Counted from the stretch's first letter, positions 28,691 through 39,945 are shown. The stretch is 52,136 nucleotides of DNA from an uncultured virus (IMG/VR IMGVR_UViG_3300021399_000104) (IMGVR_UViG_3300021399_000104); one strand, 5' to 3'. Numbers and translations: made by a program. The notes: a model not told the origin generated them from the sequence alone.

Positions 28691-29140
28691 TTAATCTACA
28701 ATAGCCAAATATTCATCCTTAAGGCCAAGTTCGTAGATTTTATCTCTATTAAAGTTCTCGATCAGTTTAGGCAGCATCACATTTACTTCCTCAGGGTTCA
28801 TGTAAGTAAGCGCTGTCTGGAAGAAGAGATGATTGAATTTATCTTCATCAATCTTCCCTCCTTTCTTTTCAGCTTTCTCAAATACTCCAAGAACTTCTAA
28901 TGTTGCTAATTTGATTAAGACATTCAAATTTCCTTTGATGAGTTCTGCCTTTGGTTCCAGGATTTGACGTTTAGGATCTACCAGGACTTCCTTAACAAGT
29001 GTAGCTCCGGCAGGTTCTTTAAACTTGATTTTTTCGTTTTTCACCTTTTGTTTCTTTGGTTCAGGTAATAACATCAACCCTCCGATCGTTGCTCCAATTA
29101 ATCCAAATATTCCGAGCAATACTTTACTAGATTGTTTCAT
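28691..29140 (-). CDS. Hypothetical protein with N-terminal membrane anchor
   Basis: Hydrophobic N-terminus; flanked by a promoter motif and a terminator. Confidence 0.65.
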   Translation of the reverse strand: MKQSSKVLLGIFGLIGATIGGLMLLPEPKKQKVKNEKIKFKEPAGATLVKEVLVDPKRQILEPKAELIKGNLNVLIKLATLEVLGVFEKAEKKGGKIDEDKFNHLFFQTALTYMNPEEVNVMLPKLIENFNRDKIYELGLKDEYLAIVD

Positions 29141-29412
29141 TTATATAGTTTGTTTATTGTTATTAATTTTTTACGTTTCTAAATATAAGATTTATATTGT
29201 ACTCCATACATAAGTCTTTGTTTATTCAACTCTGTCTTATGTACTTCGCGGGCATTTAGTTCGCATCTTTAGTGCTTGCAGCTCGTCTCACTGACCACGT
29301 AGAGGTATCCCGATCTTCAGTGAGGTCTTCATATATAAGAAATAGAAGGGCTGGTAATTATAAAAAAACACCAAGGATTTTTACGTCCTCAGTGTTTAAA
29401 TTATTATCTACA

Positions 29413-31629
29413 TTACATAGTAGTTGTTGTTACCTTATCTTTCTGTATTAACTTTGTGAGAATTTTTCCTAAGAGTGATGGTAAATTTCCAATATCACCC
29501 TTAATATCAATCACGTTATCAAACATATCCTCTGCTCCTTCCACAGTATCAATACATACCTGAATAACTTCCATATCCATAGTATTTTGGACTTTTTTGA
29601 CATTGCTTCTAACATCTCTGATAGCTGACATGCCATAATATCCTTCAGCTGCGGGTTCTCCATCAGACAGAACAATCATGATACAATGGTTTTGAGTAAA
29701 TTTTCTCACTCGTTTTGCTGTTTCATAGATTGCTGTTCCATCTCTATTTTGACATCGACCTGTAATATGAGTTAAGGAATCTGTGTTTTGTTTTCCACGT
29801 CCTCCTTCTCGATACTTATAGATTGTTGTAGTACCAGTTCCACCAAAAGACCTAAGATCTCCGGTGTGACCATAAATATACAAGTCAATTCCTGGACAAT
29901 CCTTAAAAGCTTCGTTCAATAAGATAGCACCTTGTCTAGCTAAATATGCTTTATTGCAACTATAACTATACATACTATCAGAACGTCCCATTGATCCACT
30001 TTCGTCTACTAAAACACAGATAGTAGTTTTATTTGTTTTTACTTCTCCTTTTCTGATATAGACTTGTGGAACACCTTGATATGCTTCCGCTAGTTTATTC
30101 TCATCCAGTTTTCCACTCCGACAACCATATATAGAGAATTCATAGTTTTTATCTATATTATTTACAAGTTTTCGAATGGACGGTATTAATGGTGAAATAT
30201 CTTTAGCTAGTTTTATGTATTTAGCTCTATCAGTATCGGATTTTTCTGCCGTAAAATAGGTCTTAGAACTTTCTCCTTTCTCGACAATACCAGAAAACAA
30301 GCCTTCAAATAAGTCTCCATGCGCATTAACATCATGTGAGGCAACATTAGCTCTAGTTGCTCCAACACGTTTAGACCTTCCAAAATTAGTGCTTAGTCTA
30401 GAATATAAGCTTCCATCACTACCAATTACAACATCTTTAGTAATAGAATTGATGGCGCTGTCTAAAATACTTTCAAATATTCTCTGAAATTCACTATCAT
30501 CTGATTTAAGCTTAAGCGTTATATCTTTGTAGTCTCTTTTAATTGATTTATAGATACTAATAGCTTTCTTACAAACATCAGCAGTAGTTTGTGGTAGAGG
30601 AGTCATTATCTTTTTAATCTCAGCGAATGATTTGTGATAGGTTTTTTCAACTGTTTCGTCAATTTCATCAGGATATCGAATTAGCCTGAATAGATTAATA
30701 AGATAATCTTTAAGTTCTATTTCTCTTTCATTTGTTATTTTTATTCCAGAAATCTCATCAACAAACTTCTTATACAGATATTGTTTAGATTTAGAAATAA
30801 AATCCAAAAATCCAGGACGAGTAGTTAATAACAGATCTTCTACTCTTTCATCCTCAATCATATTAAAGATTAAGAGTATTAGATTTCTGATATGACCTCG
30901 CTCCTCCCCTGAATATATATCTTTCTTATCATCTCGGTCTCCATCTTCTCTATCTACAGCTTTAAGATGGGAACTAATATTTCTTTCAAAATTAGTTATT
31001 ACCTTTAGATTTGTGTGTAGTAGATGAGCAGTTTCATGCAATCCTAAGCCACAGAAGATGGATATTTTATCTTCCTTTGTTTTAGCTTTATCATCCATAT
31101 AGCTGGTCGGAATAAATATGACTCTATCTACACGACCTTCTCTAAATGGACAAACCTCAGAACAGTATAAAGTACCGAGTTGTCCTTTAATTCCAACACT
31201 CTCAGATTTCTCTTCACCATCAGATTCGTATGCATTGATCTTAATACCAACAGAAAAGGGTAAATCCAGCACCACAATCATATCCCTTGCTGATCTATAG
31301 GCCGACATGATTACTTGCTCTGTCGCACCTAAAGTTGAAGTATATCCCCAGCTTTTACTTGTTGATGTAAATACGCTGGATCTATTATCAAAGAAATCAT
31401 CATACCCACCACAATATTCATTATAGTAAGATCCATGATAGGAAGGATATGAGGTAGTTTTGTCTTTATCTTTGTCCTTATCTTTTTTAGCTGGTATCGA
31501 ATAGCCGTAATAACGATGTGGGGAGGAAAAAGCGGATCTATATTTTGCATTTCTAATAGATGAACTTTTCCACCATTTATCCCAATCGAATGCTTTTTTA
31601 TTTTCTTCCAGTCTTTCTTCCCAATCCAT
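29413..31629 (-). CDS. vWA domain protein (CobT/NorD-like MoxR partner) with HExxH motif
   Basis: VLVDESGSMG MIDAS motif, IVLSDGEP, GLHETAH, N.IEDERVE. Confidence 0.85.
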   Translation of the reverse strand: MDWEERLEENKKAFDWDKWWKSSSIRNAKYRSAFSSPHRYYGYSIPAKKDKDKDKDKTTSYPSYHGSYYNEYCGGYDDFFDNRSSVFTSTSKSWGYTSTLGATEQVIMSAYRSARDMIVVLDLPFSVGIKINAYESDGEEKSESVGIKGQLGTLYCSEVCPFREGRVDRVIFIPTSYMDDKAKTKEDKISIFCGLGLHETAHLLHTNLKVITNFERNISSHLKAVDREDGDRDDKKDIYSGEERGHIRNLILLIFNMIEDERVEDLLLTTRPGFLDFISKSKQYLYKKFVDEISGIKITNEREIELKDYLINLFRLIRYPDEIDETVEKTYHKSFAEIKKIMTPLPQTTADVCKKAISIYKSIKRDYKDITLKLKSDDSEFQRIFESILDSAINSITKDVVIGSDGSLYSRLSTNFGRSKRVGATRANVASHDVNAHGDLFEGLFSGIVEKGESSKTYFTAEKSDTDRAKYIKLAKDISPLIPSIRKLVNNIDKNYEFSIYGCRSGKLDENKLAEAYQGVPQVYIRKGEVKTNKTTICVLVDESGSMGRSDSMYSYSCNKAYLARQGAILLNEAFKDCPGIDLYIYGHTGDLRSFGGTGTTTIYKYREGGRGKQNTDSLTHITGRCQNRDGTAIYETAKRVRKFTQNHCIMIVLSDGEPAAEGYYGMSAIRDVRSNVKKVQNTMDMEVIQVCIDTVEGAEDMFDNVIDIKGDIGNLPSLLGKILTKLIQKDKVTTTTM

Positions 31630-31634
31630 ATAGT

Positions 31635-32828
31635 TTAATAAGATGCTATTGTTTTGTAGATAATACTTCTTTCTCCCGTTGATTTAGAGCCTTCATATAG
31701 TGGCGCAAAGATTTTAGTGATAGAACTTCCAACATTCCATCCATCTTTGACTAATTCAGCTACATACAAAGTCTCACGAATAGATACAGAGGTTGATATT
31801 TCTTGTTTTTCAGCCAAAGAACGAACAGTGTTAGCTATCTTTACAATCGTTTTAGCTTGATCACTGGTAATTTGAGTTCTATGCATCAAGACTTTTTCCT
31901 CTTGATTCGACGGTATATAGTTCAACTCAATAGGGAAGAATCTATTAACCAAAGCTCTATCCATACTCTGTGTTCCTGTATATTCGGATCCAACATTTGC
32001 GGTAGCTATAAACGTTACCTCTGGATGTACATTAATTTCACGTACACTCTTAGATCCAGCCACTTCAATAGATAATTTTCTTCTATCATCGAGACAAGGG
32101 AACAGAATATTATTGGATGCGTAAGATGCTCGAGAAAGTTCATCAAGCAAAATTACACATGGTTCCTGAATAGCCTGGGTGAAGTTAGCATAATCAAATA
32201 CACTCTTTCCATCCTCCAATCTATGAACGCCTAAAAGAGATGAAATAGGATCAATAATAGAACCCATATCGAAGACGTGCAATTTGACGCCAAGTTTCTC
32301 ACAGGCAAGTTTAATTAAGGAGGTTTTACCAGTACCAGTCGGGCCAATAATCATAGTATTAATGTGCTTCTTAATATTTCTCAGAAGCAATGTCCAATTC
32401 TCTTTCTCTACAAAAAATCCTTCTTTGTTGGGAGTAGGCATATCAATCTTAGCCATTTCATCAAAGAAGGTTGGCTCCTTTATTTCTTCCTTTACCTCTT
32501 CTTTTGTTGTTTCCTCAGTCGTTGATTCCTCTTTTGGTATTGCTGCCATAAGCTTCTCGTATTCTGCTCTGACGACGGGACTTGACATCTTATCTGTTAA
32601 ATTAAGATAATAAATATTTCCTGCCTTATAATGTGTTTTACCAATCGAATAAAGGGAGTAAGAAAAGAAGATAGATCCGATGGGCTTAGAATCACGAACA
32701 CTCTTACTGCATGATACTCTAAGTTTTGGATTAATCTCTTCTCCACTTCCTAAAAACTTCTGACCTGGTAAAGGATAAACTTTCGTTTCTTTTTTCTCTG
32801 TAACGGTTTTGAAAAAATAATAACTCAT
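31635..32828 (-). CDS. MoxR/CbbQ/NirQ-family AAA+ ATPase
   Basis: GPTGTGKT Walker A, ILLDELSR Walker B, FIATAN, DRALVNRF. Confidence 0.9.
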   Translation of the reverse strand: MSYYFFKTVTEKKETKVYPLPGQKFLGSGEEINPKLRVSCSKSVRDSKPIGSIFFSYSLYSIGKTHYKAGNIYYLNLTDKMSSPVVRAEYEKLMAAIPKEESTTEETTKEEVKEEIKEPTFFDEMAKIDMPTPNKEGFFVEKENWTLLLRNIKKHINTMIIGPTGTGKTSLIKLACEKLGVKLHVFDMGSIIDPISSLLGVHRLEDGKSVFDYANFTQAIQEPCVILLDELSRASYASNNILFPCLDDRRKLSIEVAGSKSVREINVHPEVTFIATANVGSEYTGTQSMDRALVNRFFPIELNYIPSNQEEKVLMHRTQITSDQAKTIVKIANTVRSLAEKQEISTSVSIRETLYVAELVKDGWNVGSSITKIFAPLYEGSKSTGERSIIYKTIASY

Positions 32829-32937
32829 AAAATACTATATTATATTAAATTTTTAATCGTTGAGGGATTGATTACCCTCATATATAAGAAAAATACCCGC
32901 CCTCAATTTCTTTATATATAGAACAAATAAAATTAAT

Positions 32938-33681
32938 ATGAATCTAATCACCTCACGGTATTTGATAGAAGACGATCCAGATAGTGGAATAGTATGGGAT
33001 TTACCCGGTCGAACTATTAGATTTTGTGCATTACCTGTTAAAGTCATCATGAGCAAAGATATTGAATTTCTGAAAACCTCAGGAAACTATATCTTATTTA
33101 AGGACTATCGACTTGCTGATATCTTATATGTTGGCGAAAGCGATAGAAGTGGTGGCATACAAACCAGAGTAAGAGAGCACACAGAAACCAAAAAATATCA
33201 GTGGGCATTATTCATCGTGTCTAGTTTGGCCTCACAACCTCTAGGAACTTATCGGAAGAAAATAGAATATAGCCTAATACGAGACTATAATCCTCCGCTA
33301 AATAAGGATGGAGGTAATAATGAAAGACTATCAGAAGTAGAGTATTACCAATTTAAAGAGTACTATGGACAAATACAAAACTTCTTAAGACAAGAACTTA
33401 GAATTCTACCTTGTCCAGATCTCAAAATAAAATGTCCAAAAATGATAGAAGATTTATCATTAAAAGCCGGACAAATAATATACTGGAAGAAAAATACTAA
33501 AATAACAGGAGAAATTTTAGATGATTATACCCTGCTATTTAGAAATAAAGGAAAAACCAGTCTGTGCACCTTTGAAAAAGCTACAATAGATTTATGTGGC
33601 ACAAGCAATGATATTTGCAAAAGGTGGATGGATGAAAATGGGAATACTCTTGATATGTTTTCTAAAGGCCATTTTGTTTGA
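32938..33681 (+). CDS. GIY-YIG family nuclease-like protein
   Basis: SGNYILF...LYVGES...IQTRVREH...IEYSLI..YNPPLN; lone plus-strand gene in a minus-strand block. Confidence 0.7.
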   Translation: MNLITSRYLIEDDPDSGIVWDLPGRTIRFCALPVKVIMSKDIEFLKTSGNYILFKDYRLADILYVGESDRSGGIQTRVREHTETKKYQWALFIVSSLASQPLGTYRKKIEYSLIRDYNPPLNKDGGNNERLSEVEYYQFKEYYGQIQNFLRQELRILPCPDLKIKCPKMIEDLSLKAGQIIYWKKNTKITGEILDDYTLLFRNKGKTSLCTFEKATIDLCGTSNDICKRWMDENGNTLDMFSKGHFV

Positions 33682-33786
33682 TTTTTAAATGTTATTTCGT
33701 GGAGAAGACTGTCTGTGAAGATGGTTTTCTCTTATTTTTTTTTTCTTAATACAGAGTCCACAGAAAAAAAGAAAAAGAGGAAGAAC

Positions 33787-34143
33787 TTAATCCTCCTCTC
33801 CAGCCGTAGTTAGGCCGTAACGATGGCCATATTTTTGCACAAACCATAACCATCCAAACGCCCAGAATACATTCCAGGCTAAAACGATGATACCAATTAT
33901 CTTCCAGGTACCACCCCATTCCCCATAAGCCGCTACACCGGCTAGGATGTTTAAGATTGCCGCCGTAATAATTCCAACGGCAATTATAATATTCTTTTGT
34001 TTGGCGCTAAGAAATTCATAAAAAGGATTTCCAACGCCTTTAGCCACCTGATGATAGGCAGCCAAAATGTTAATCATTTGAGCCACCATAATAAGGCTCA
34101 ATGTTAATGTTGTTGTCATAATATCTAAAAATTTATGATCCAT
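33787..34143 (-). CDS. Hypothetical membrane protein
   Basis: Three hydrophobic segments; leader shared with the 5137 gene. Confidence 0.65.
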   Translation of the reverse strand: MDHKFLDIMTTTLTLSLIMVAQMINILAAYHQVAKGVGNPFYEFLSAKQKNIIIAVGIITAAILNILAGVAAYGEWGGTWKIIGIIVLAWNVFWAFGWLWFVQKYGHRYGLTTAGEED

Positions 34144-34189
34144 CAGACATTTATTTTCGTCTTCAGGATCTAGTTAAACAATAATTTCT

Positions 34190-34650
34190 CTATCATATAT
34201 AAGGAATTGATTGGTATTTTAGGCGGAAAAAATAAAAAGGAGGACTATCTATCACAGACCGTCCCCTGAAAAGAACAAATGAAAAAATATAAAATGAGAT
34301 TCATATATAAGGAAAATAAAGAGGGAATATTCATCCCTCTCCTTTTGCTTAATTCAATTCAATTCTTTCTTTCTTGGCAGGTATAAAGATGTTCATTTTC
34401 ACTCTGCCACTTTTTCTCGTGTTGTAACTTTTCGGATCAATTCTTACAATCCGTTCGCTTTTTAAAAATTTTGCCATTTTCTTTTATTTGATTAAACATT
34501 CATTCATATATAAGGAATTCAAGGGTTATAAAAAAAAAATAAAAAGGGGGACTATCTATCACAGACTGTCCCTCCTCAGGAAAAAACCAACATGTTTATT
34601 CGTATATAAGGAAAAGAAAAGAAGGAGATTATATTTTCCCCTTCTTTAGT
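34190..34650 (-). repeat. Promoter-motif/hairpin mini-units (two ORF-less, one containing a 42-aa ORF)
   Basis: CATATATAAGG at about 34193, 34301, 34503 and variant 34600; CTATCTATCACAGAC hairpins at about 34245 and 34552. Confidence 0.75.
34349..34477 (-). CDS. Small basic protein (42 aa, MAKFLKSERIVRIDPK...), not in the ORF track
   Basis: Hand translation; has its own promoter motif (34503) and terminator (about 34318-34341). Confidence 0.55.
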   Translation of the reverse strand: MAKFLKSERIVRIDPKSYNTRKSGRVKMNIFIPAKKERIELN

Positions 34651-34682
34651 TTCTTTTGTCAATAATTAAATATTCTATACCC

Positions 34683-35816
34683 TTAGAATCCGAGGGCAGC
34701 TACAACAGTACTTTTCGTTAAAACAGTTGAATCAATCTCAGCATAGCCAGAGAGATCAACAGAAGAGGACATAGCGGCCCAGTGTGATGATCCATAGTCG
34801 GTTGTAGAAGTTGCAGTAGTACATATGAGACTAGTACCGGCAGGATAGGAAATTCCATCTAATGTGAAAGCGGAATTTACTACCCACACATCGCCCTTAT
34901 TTGCACTTGTGATAGAATATACATCAGTTGCATTGGCTTTAGACCCTTGGAAGTTCATTACTGTTCCAAATCCATCGAGTTTAGCTTTATCCGCAGCTGA
35001 CATAAGACCTGGTGTGGTAGTTGTAGCTTCAGTATATGTAGTATCGACCGCAGTAAATACTTTATTTTCTACAGCTGTCACATGGCCATATGCATCAACA
35101 GTAATTCTGGGTATGTTAACTGTTGCTCCATCATTACCAGTTACATTTCCAGAGGGTCCATATGCTCCTGGTGTTCCTGATAGTGCTTGATCATGTTCTA
35201 CCTGATACGTTACTGAGTTTGTACCAGCAGTTCCAGTTAATGTAATAGGATCGCCGGAAACTGTATTTACATTAGCAGAAATAGTAAATTCAGTAGTATC
35301 CGTTAGTTTTGCATCAACAGGTACATCTACTGCCAGGAGATGATCACAGGCAACAGGTACACCATTTTCGTTGAAATAAACAGGTCTTTGAACAGAACCG
35401 ATCGGGCTATTATTAGATAATCTTTCTGCACTTATCGCGCTACCACCAACAGTTGATGAAGCGGCATAGGTTGTATTTTCCGAAAGTGCTCCTACTTCTG
35501 ATGCTGTATATTCTGGTTTTTCTGCCTCTTTAGCCCAGGGATATACATCTGAAGCGGGAAGTGTTGTAGGAATGTCAATAGATCTATATGTCCATGTACC
35601 GTCACTACTAATTTGGAGTCTACTTAATGCTTTATTATCTCCAGCATAAGCATTACCAGCATAGTCGGTAAATTTATTTAGTGCGAAAGTTTGTCCACCA
35701 ATTCCGGCAGTATATATGATTCGATCTACTAGGTTGACTGCAAGTTCACCAGGCTGCAAATTAATAGGTACCTTACCCTGAACTGTACTTCTTTTTATGA
35801 TGATAGTCTGGTTCAT
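34683..35816 (-). CDS. Tail-fibre-like structural protein
   Basis: IIIKRSTVQGKVP..LQPGELAVN N-terminal fibre motif, VDAYGHVT, GLMSAADKAKLDG repeat; Thr/Gly/Ala-rich. Confidence 0.7.
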   Translation of the reverse strand: MNQTIIIKRSTVQGKVPINLQPGELAVNLVDRIIYTAGIGGQTFALNKFTDYAGNAYAGDNKALSRLQISSDGTWTYRSIDIPTTLPASDVYPWAKEAEKPEYTASEVGALSENTTYAASSTVGGSAISAERLSNNSPIGSVQRPVYFNENGVPVACDHLLAVDVPVDAKLTDTTEFTISANVNTVSGDPITLTGTAGTNSVTYQVEHDQALSGTPGAYGPSGNVTGNDGATVNIPRITVDAYGHVTAVENKVFTAVDTTYTEATTTTPGLMSAADKAKLDGFGTVMNFQGSKANATDVYSITSANKGDVWVVNSAFTLDGISYPAGTSLICTTATSTTDYGSSHWAAMSSSVDLSGYAEIDSTVLTKSTVVAALGF

Positions 35817-35938
35817 ATGTATGATATCAGTATCGGTTTAGAAGTTTTAAATAAGGGGAGAGGATGATTTTTCATATGAACCACCCTACTCCCTTATATT
35901 GTTCAACCTACGTCAAATAATTTTAGTAGATCTTATTT

Positions 35939-37546
35939 TTAGAATGTACCGCCGTCGATTACATCAATAGTGCAAGTGAGGGCAAGAGATTGTACGTTGC
36001 TAGCATCAGTCTGCTTAGTAACAGTAACACCATAGACATTGTTAGTGCCTGTGAAATTCTCAGTACCAGAAACGACCTTATTCTCAAGGAAATTAGCCTC
36101 TGCATCAGCGCTACTTACACGAACCTTACCGGGGAGCTCAGTGAATTCAACGTTGAGTTGAGTCTTAGTAGTAGCATCAAACTCAGCGCCTGATACACAA
36201 TAAACCTTACCAGCCTCAGGAGTAAATGCATTACCGTTCTCATCAACCTCATTAGTAGTGAAGTCAGTAGTAGTAACGGTAGCAACGTGGCCATATGTAT
36301 CAACAGTAACACCAGTAACAACAGAGTTATTACCAATTGTTGGGCTAGCTGTGCTGTGCTTGATAATTACATTGCTGCTGAGTGCGCCAGTCGAGTTAGA
36401 GGAATCCAGCTCCAGACCATTCGTAGCAGTGACAGTACGATCATCAAATACTACATTATTAATGTTCTTAGTACTATCCTTGATAACCTTACCAGTAGCA
36501 CCATCGAAAACAGCAATATTACCATTTACAGAAGAAGCAGGACCAGTAACGGCACCATCAATATTGTTCTGAACAACCGACCATACAGGATCAGTAGAAT
36601 CTGTAGCCGAAGTAGAACAGATGATCATATCACCTACCTCTACATTCTCAGTACCAGCAGCGGTAGTCAACTGGAATGCAGCGGAAGCACGATAAGTCCA
36701 ACCAGCAACAGGCAGAGGATCATCAGTGTGATCTGGGAGGTCAGAAGCAGCAGCTACAGTGCCCTTAAACTGCATGGCCTGAGCAACTACGAGAGCGTCA
36801 TCTACATAGTTCTTAACGTAACCAGTAGAAGCAACATTAGTTCTGTTAGCGTTCTCAGAGCCAAGAGCAACTGTCGGAGTAGTAGGAGTGCCAAGGAGAG
36901 CTGCATCTGTACCATTGAAGTTTACAGTTACAGACTTATTTGCACCCTCAGTAGGAGAAGCAACAGCAGTCAGGTCAATGTTAGTACCGCCTACGAATTC
37001 GAGAGTATCATTAACACCGTTAGCTGCAATAGTGGTACCACCAACTACAATGTTCTTATAGGTATTTTCTACGTCAATAATGTGACGAAGAGCAGCGGCA
37101 TCAAGAGCTACTACATCAGCATTTCCAGAAGTACCATCCTCTGCGACACCAAGAACATGACCCTTAGCAATCTGAGCCAGACGATCGAGAGCTACCTGAT
37201 TCTTATTGATAGAAGCTTCGCCATTGGTAAATGAGATCTGAGTGCTAGATTTTGCATGACCATATACATCAGCTCCTGCCTTGGTCTCAATATGCTGACC
37301 TACAAGCTCAACCAACTCCTGAAGATCGGCATCAGTAGCAAGAATTTCATAAGAGCTAGCGCCTGTAGCAGCAGCCTTACCTACACCAAGAATAAGACGA
37401 TTAACAGTAGCATCACCAACAGTCTTCTGATAGATAGCAACAACTGGCTGACCTACTACATGGGTAATACCATTAAGAGCGGTAATCGCGGCGTCATAAG
37501 AAGCATAGGTACTGGCACCACGAAGAAATTTAATAGTCTGTTTCAT
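35939..37546 (-). CDS. Tail-fibre-like structural protein
   Basis: MQFKGTV, EVGDMII, WSVVQNNIDGAVTGP, FDGATGKVIKDS, VDTYGHV motifs; ends IDGGTF. Confidence 0.7.
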   Translation of the reverse strand: MKQTIKFLRGASTYASYDAAITALNGITHVVGQPVVAIYQKTVGDATVNRLILGVGKAAATGASSYEILATDADLQELVELVGQHIETKAGADVYGHAKSSTQISFTNGEASINKNQVALDRLAQIAKGHVLGVAEDGTSGNADVVALDAAALRHIIDVENTYKNIVVGGTTIAANGVNDTLEFVGGTNIDLTAVASPTEGANKSVTVNFNGTDAALLGTPTTPTVALGSENANRTNVASTGYVKNYVDDALVVAQAMQFKGTVAAASDLPDHTDDPLPVAGWTYRASAAFQLTTAAGTENVEVGDMIICSTSATDSTDPVWSVVQNNIDGAVTGPASSVNGNIAVFDGATGKVIKDSTKNINNVVFDDRTVTATNGLELDSSNSTGALSSNVIIKHSTASPTIGNNSVVTGVTVDTYGHVATVTTTDFTTNEVDENGNAFTPEAGKVYCVSGAEFDATTKTQLNVEFTELPGKVRVSSADAEANFLENKVVSGTENFTGTNNVYGVTVTKQTDASNVQSLALTCTIDVIDGGTF

Positions 37547-37568
37547 AAAGACAATTAATAATTGTTAA

Positions 37569-38156
37569 TTAATTATAAGTTCCACCGTCAACTCCGATAA
37601 CATACATAGCATCTTCTGGGTTAATGCCAATAGATTCGTTGTCAACGTTAGTTTCTAAGACAAGAGTCTCTTCTCCTGTTTCAGTTTCTTTGTTTACGAG
37701 TTTAAGGCCTCGTCCCTGAGAGATAACATTCTTAAGTTTATCAATTGACCAAGTTCGAACAGGACTAGCATTTAAGGTATCATCAATTTCTGGGATAGCG
37801 GAGATAGTAACTCTTTTCTTACCTTCTTCATCTATCACAACAGTAACGATAATACCATCACCTGCTTGAATATCCGAACTTATATCAACTCTAGAAAATT
37901 CCTCCCAGCCATCAGAATTCCTTCTATTTTCCCAATCAATCAGAACATATTTTTTCCCTTCGGACAGAACATACCATTCCTGACCGATGGCATCTTGATT
38001 TTCATTTGTCCCTGACTCTGATAGAATGCAATCAGCAATCGAGTAGAGCTTTGTGAAATTCAAGACGGTTTTATGTCCGGATATTTGAGAACCTCGTACA
38101 ATTCCAAATGATTTAGGATTATTCGACTCTAGCCTATCAGGAAATTTAATGGCCAT
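37569..38156 (-). CDS. Putative structural protein
   Basis: AGDGI motif, C-terminal VDGGTY; tail module context. Confidence 0.6.
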   Translation of the reverse strand: MAIKFPDRLESNNPKSFGIVRGSQISGHKTVLNFTKLYSIADCILSESGTNENQDAIGQEWYVLSEGKKYVLIDWENRRNSDGWEEFSRVDISSDIQAGDGIIVTVVIDEEGKKRVTISAIPEIDDTLNASPVRTWSIDKLKNVISQGRGLKLVNKETETGEETLVLETNVDNESIGINPEDAMYVIGVDGGTYN

Positions 38157-38168
38157 ATCTTCTTAGAT

Positions 38169-39344
38169 TTATTTGAAAGTTAAAGTGGCCGAAGTAAAAG
38201 CCCCTGGATGATTAGAGACATAGTAAATAAGCTCTACATCATAGCCCGAGTCATTTGTAATAGTTATAGTACCTTCAGTAAATGCAGATTTTACTGATAT
38301 GGCATAATCTTGTATAATATAGGTGAGAGGACCATAGACTTTAGGATAGGCGATAACATAATATTCATCTTCCTCACAGCTCACATCGGAAACTGTTAAG
38401 TCTATGTTTTCAGTCAATTCAGTATCGAGACTAGCCAAATCAGAAGCCTCCAACTGATTATGGTTTATTTTTCCATAATATTTTCTCCCTGTGAAAGTTA
38501 CTGATGCTCCAGCTGTTTCTGAATCCCATAAGTCTGAGGCATCGATTATATCATTATTCTCTCCTAATGTATAACCGGTTCTCTTTGCCATGAGAGTAAC
38601 ATTGAAAGAAGCATTTGTACTAATTCTTGGGGAAGTGTACTCGTCAGACTCTACACCACTTTCAGTAAGAACGGTCCACTCAGAATCATCACTGAGTTTT
38701 TCCGGATTCTTATAGCCTAATTTTTCTACCCACCTATACGTTCCTACCCATTGACAAGTAAACCCAACTTCAAGAGTAATATCATTTTCATCACGATATC
38801 CAACTTTATAGCCTTCGATGTTATAGACTGACCATCGACCAGACACTTTAGGTTGGGTAAGTGATAAATTTCTTTCCCCTACATTATCGAGTTTCTGTTT
38901 GTCTTCTTTTGATAGTAGTCCGTTTTTATCTGGAGTAGCAATATCTGTAACCTTAACAAAGTCCTCAGGATTAAGAGAGGTATCGAACCATTGAGCATGT
39001 GTCCAAAGTCCTCTCTTTTTGAGTTCATTATCGGATACAAATACGATAGTTTCATAAGGAATCTTTTCATCATTCAGATCCTGTTGAAACTGTTCCCAAC
39101 TTGAATATGACTTGAATACATCAGATTCGTCCGACCAAAGATCCCCAACAGTTACCTCATTGAGTTTTACTATCTTGCCATCACTATTCTTGGCCCAAAC
39201 AGCTTCCTCACCTTTATACAAAGATAGCGCAATTTCACCAATGACTAGGTCGGCTGGTGATGGTACTCTACCTTTCTTAAGACTATTTTTGAGTACGATA
39301 GTCTGTGTTTCAATGGGCGGAGCTATACCAACTTTTTTACTCAT
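38169..39344 (-). CDS. Putative tail structural protein
   Basis: IVLKNS..KGRVP...L..GEIAL N-terminus; GLLSKEDKQKLD repeat. Confidence 0.65.
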   Translation of the reverse strand: MSKKVGIAPPIETQTIVLKNSLKKGRVPSPADLVIGEIALSLYKGEEAVWAKNSDGKIVKLNEVTVGDLWSDESDVFKSYSSWEQFQQDLNDEKIPYETIVFVSDNELKKRGLWTHAQWFDTSLNPEDFVKVTDIATPDKNGLLSKEDKQKLDNVGERNLSLTQPKVSGRWSVYNIEGYKVGYRDENDITLEVGFTCQWVGTYRWVEKLGYKNPEKLSDDSEWTVLTESGVESDEYTSPRISTNASFNVTLMAKRTGYTLGENNDIIDASDLWDSETAGASVTFTGRKYYGKINHNQLEASDLASLDTELTENIDLTVSDVSCEEDEYYVIAYPKVYGPLTYIIQDYAISVKSAFTEGTITITNDSGYDVELIYYVSNHPGAFTSATLTFK

Positions 39345-39945
39345 CGCTATCTATTGTTCTTTGACATTTAGTACATGTCGGTGCTTGTATATTAGTTCTC
39401 CATTGTCCGTTTTGTCTGTAGTAGTTGGTTCTATCATAAGACTCATCATTAGGATAAACATCGCTTCTCCAAGATTCAAAGTCTCTCTGTGTTTGACCGA
39501 CAGATCCACACTTACAGCAATCCTCGTCATATTCTTGAGCAAAGCATCCGGCATATTGGAGCTTAAGTCTTACTAGGAGAGCAGTCAATACATTAGCCCA
39601 GGCATAGACAAACCATTCCTGATTATAAGGTATTTCATGATCTGGAGTGCAATAGGTGTTTGGATCTATTCCTACTTCTATTGCCAGACTTAATGTTGCA
39701 CCAGACAGTATTTGATCCGTTCCCCAGTCGAATATATCTTTAACTTCTTGAATTAAAAGACATATATCAGTTCCTTCTCCTACACAGATAAGGCGGCGGG
39801 AAAGGTATTCTAGTATATAGGTAACATATGGAGCTAATTCACATCTATCAGTGTTATAATCAATTTGGGAAACGCCTAGGATATTCTTCAGTGTATTTAA
39901 AGCTGTAGTATATCTTATGTATCCTTCTTGATTATTCCACTTCAT
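39337..39945 (-). CDS. Hypothetical protein with Cys-rich C-terminus
   Basis: ORF in a coupled operon; CCKC and CTKC. Confidence 0.65.
   Translation of the reverse strand: MKWNNQEGYIRYTTALNTLKNILGVSQIDYNTDRCELAPYVTYILEYLSRRLICVGEGTDICLLIQEVKDIFDWGTDQILSGATLSLAIEVGIDPNTYCTPDHEIPYNQEWFVYAWANVLTALLVRLKLQYAGCFAQEYDEDCCKCGSVGQTQRDFESWRSDVYPNDESYDRTNYYRQNGQWRTNIQAPTCTKCQRTIDSDE

Noticed and set aside
26370..37546. Ig-like or tail-fibre genes in this window as the DGR target
   Set aside because: None contains the PSG...WSST...IRS module or both anchors at its 3' end.
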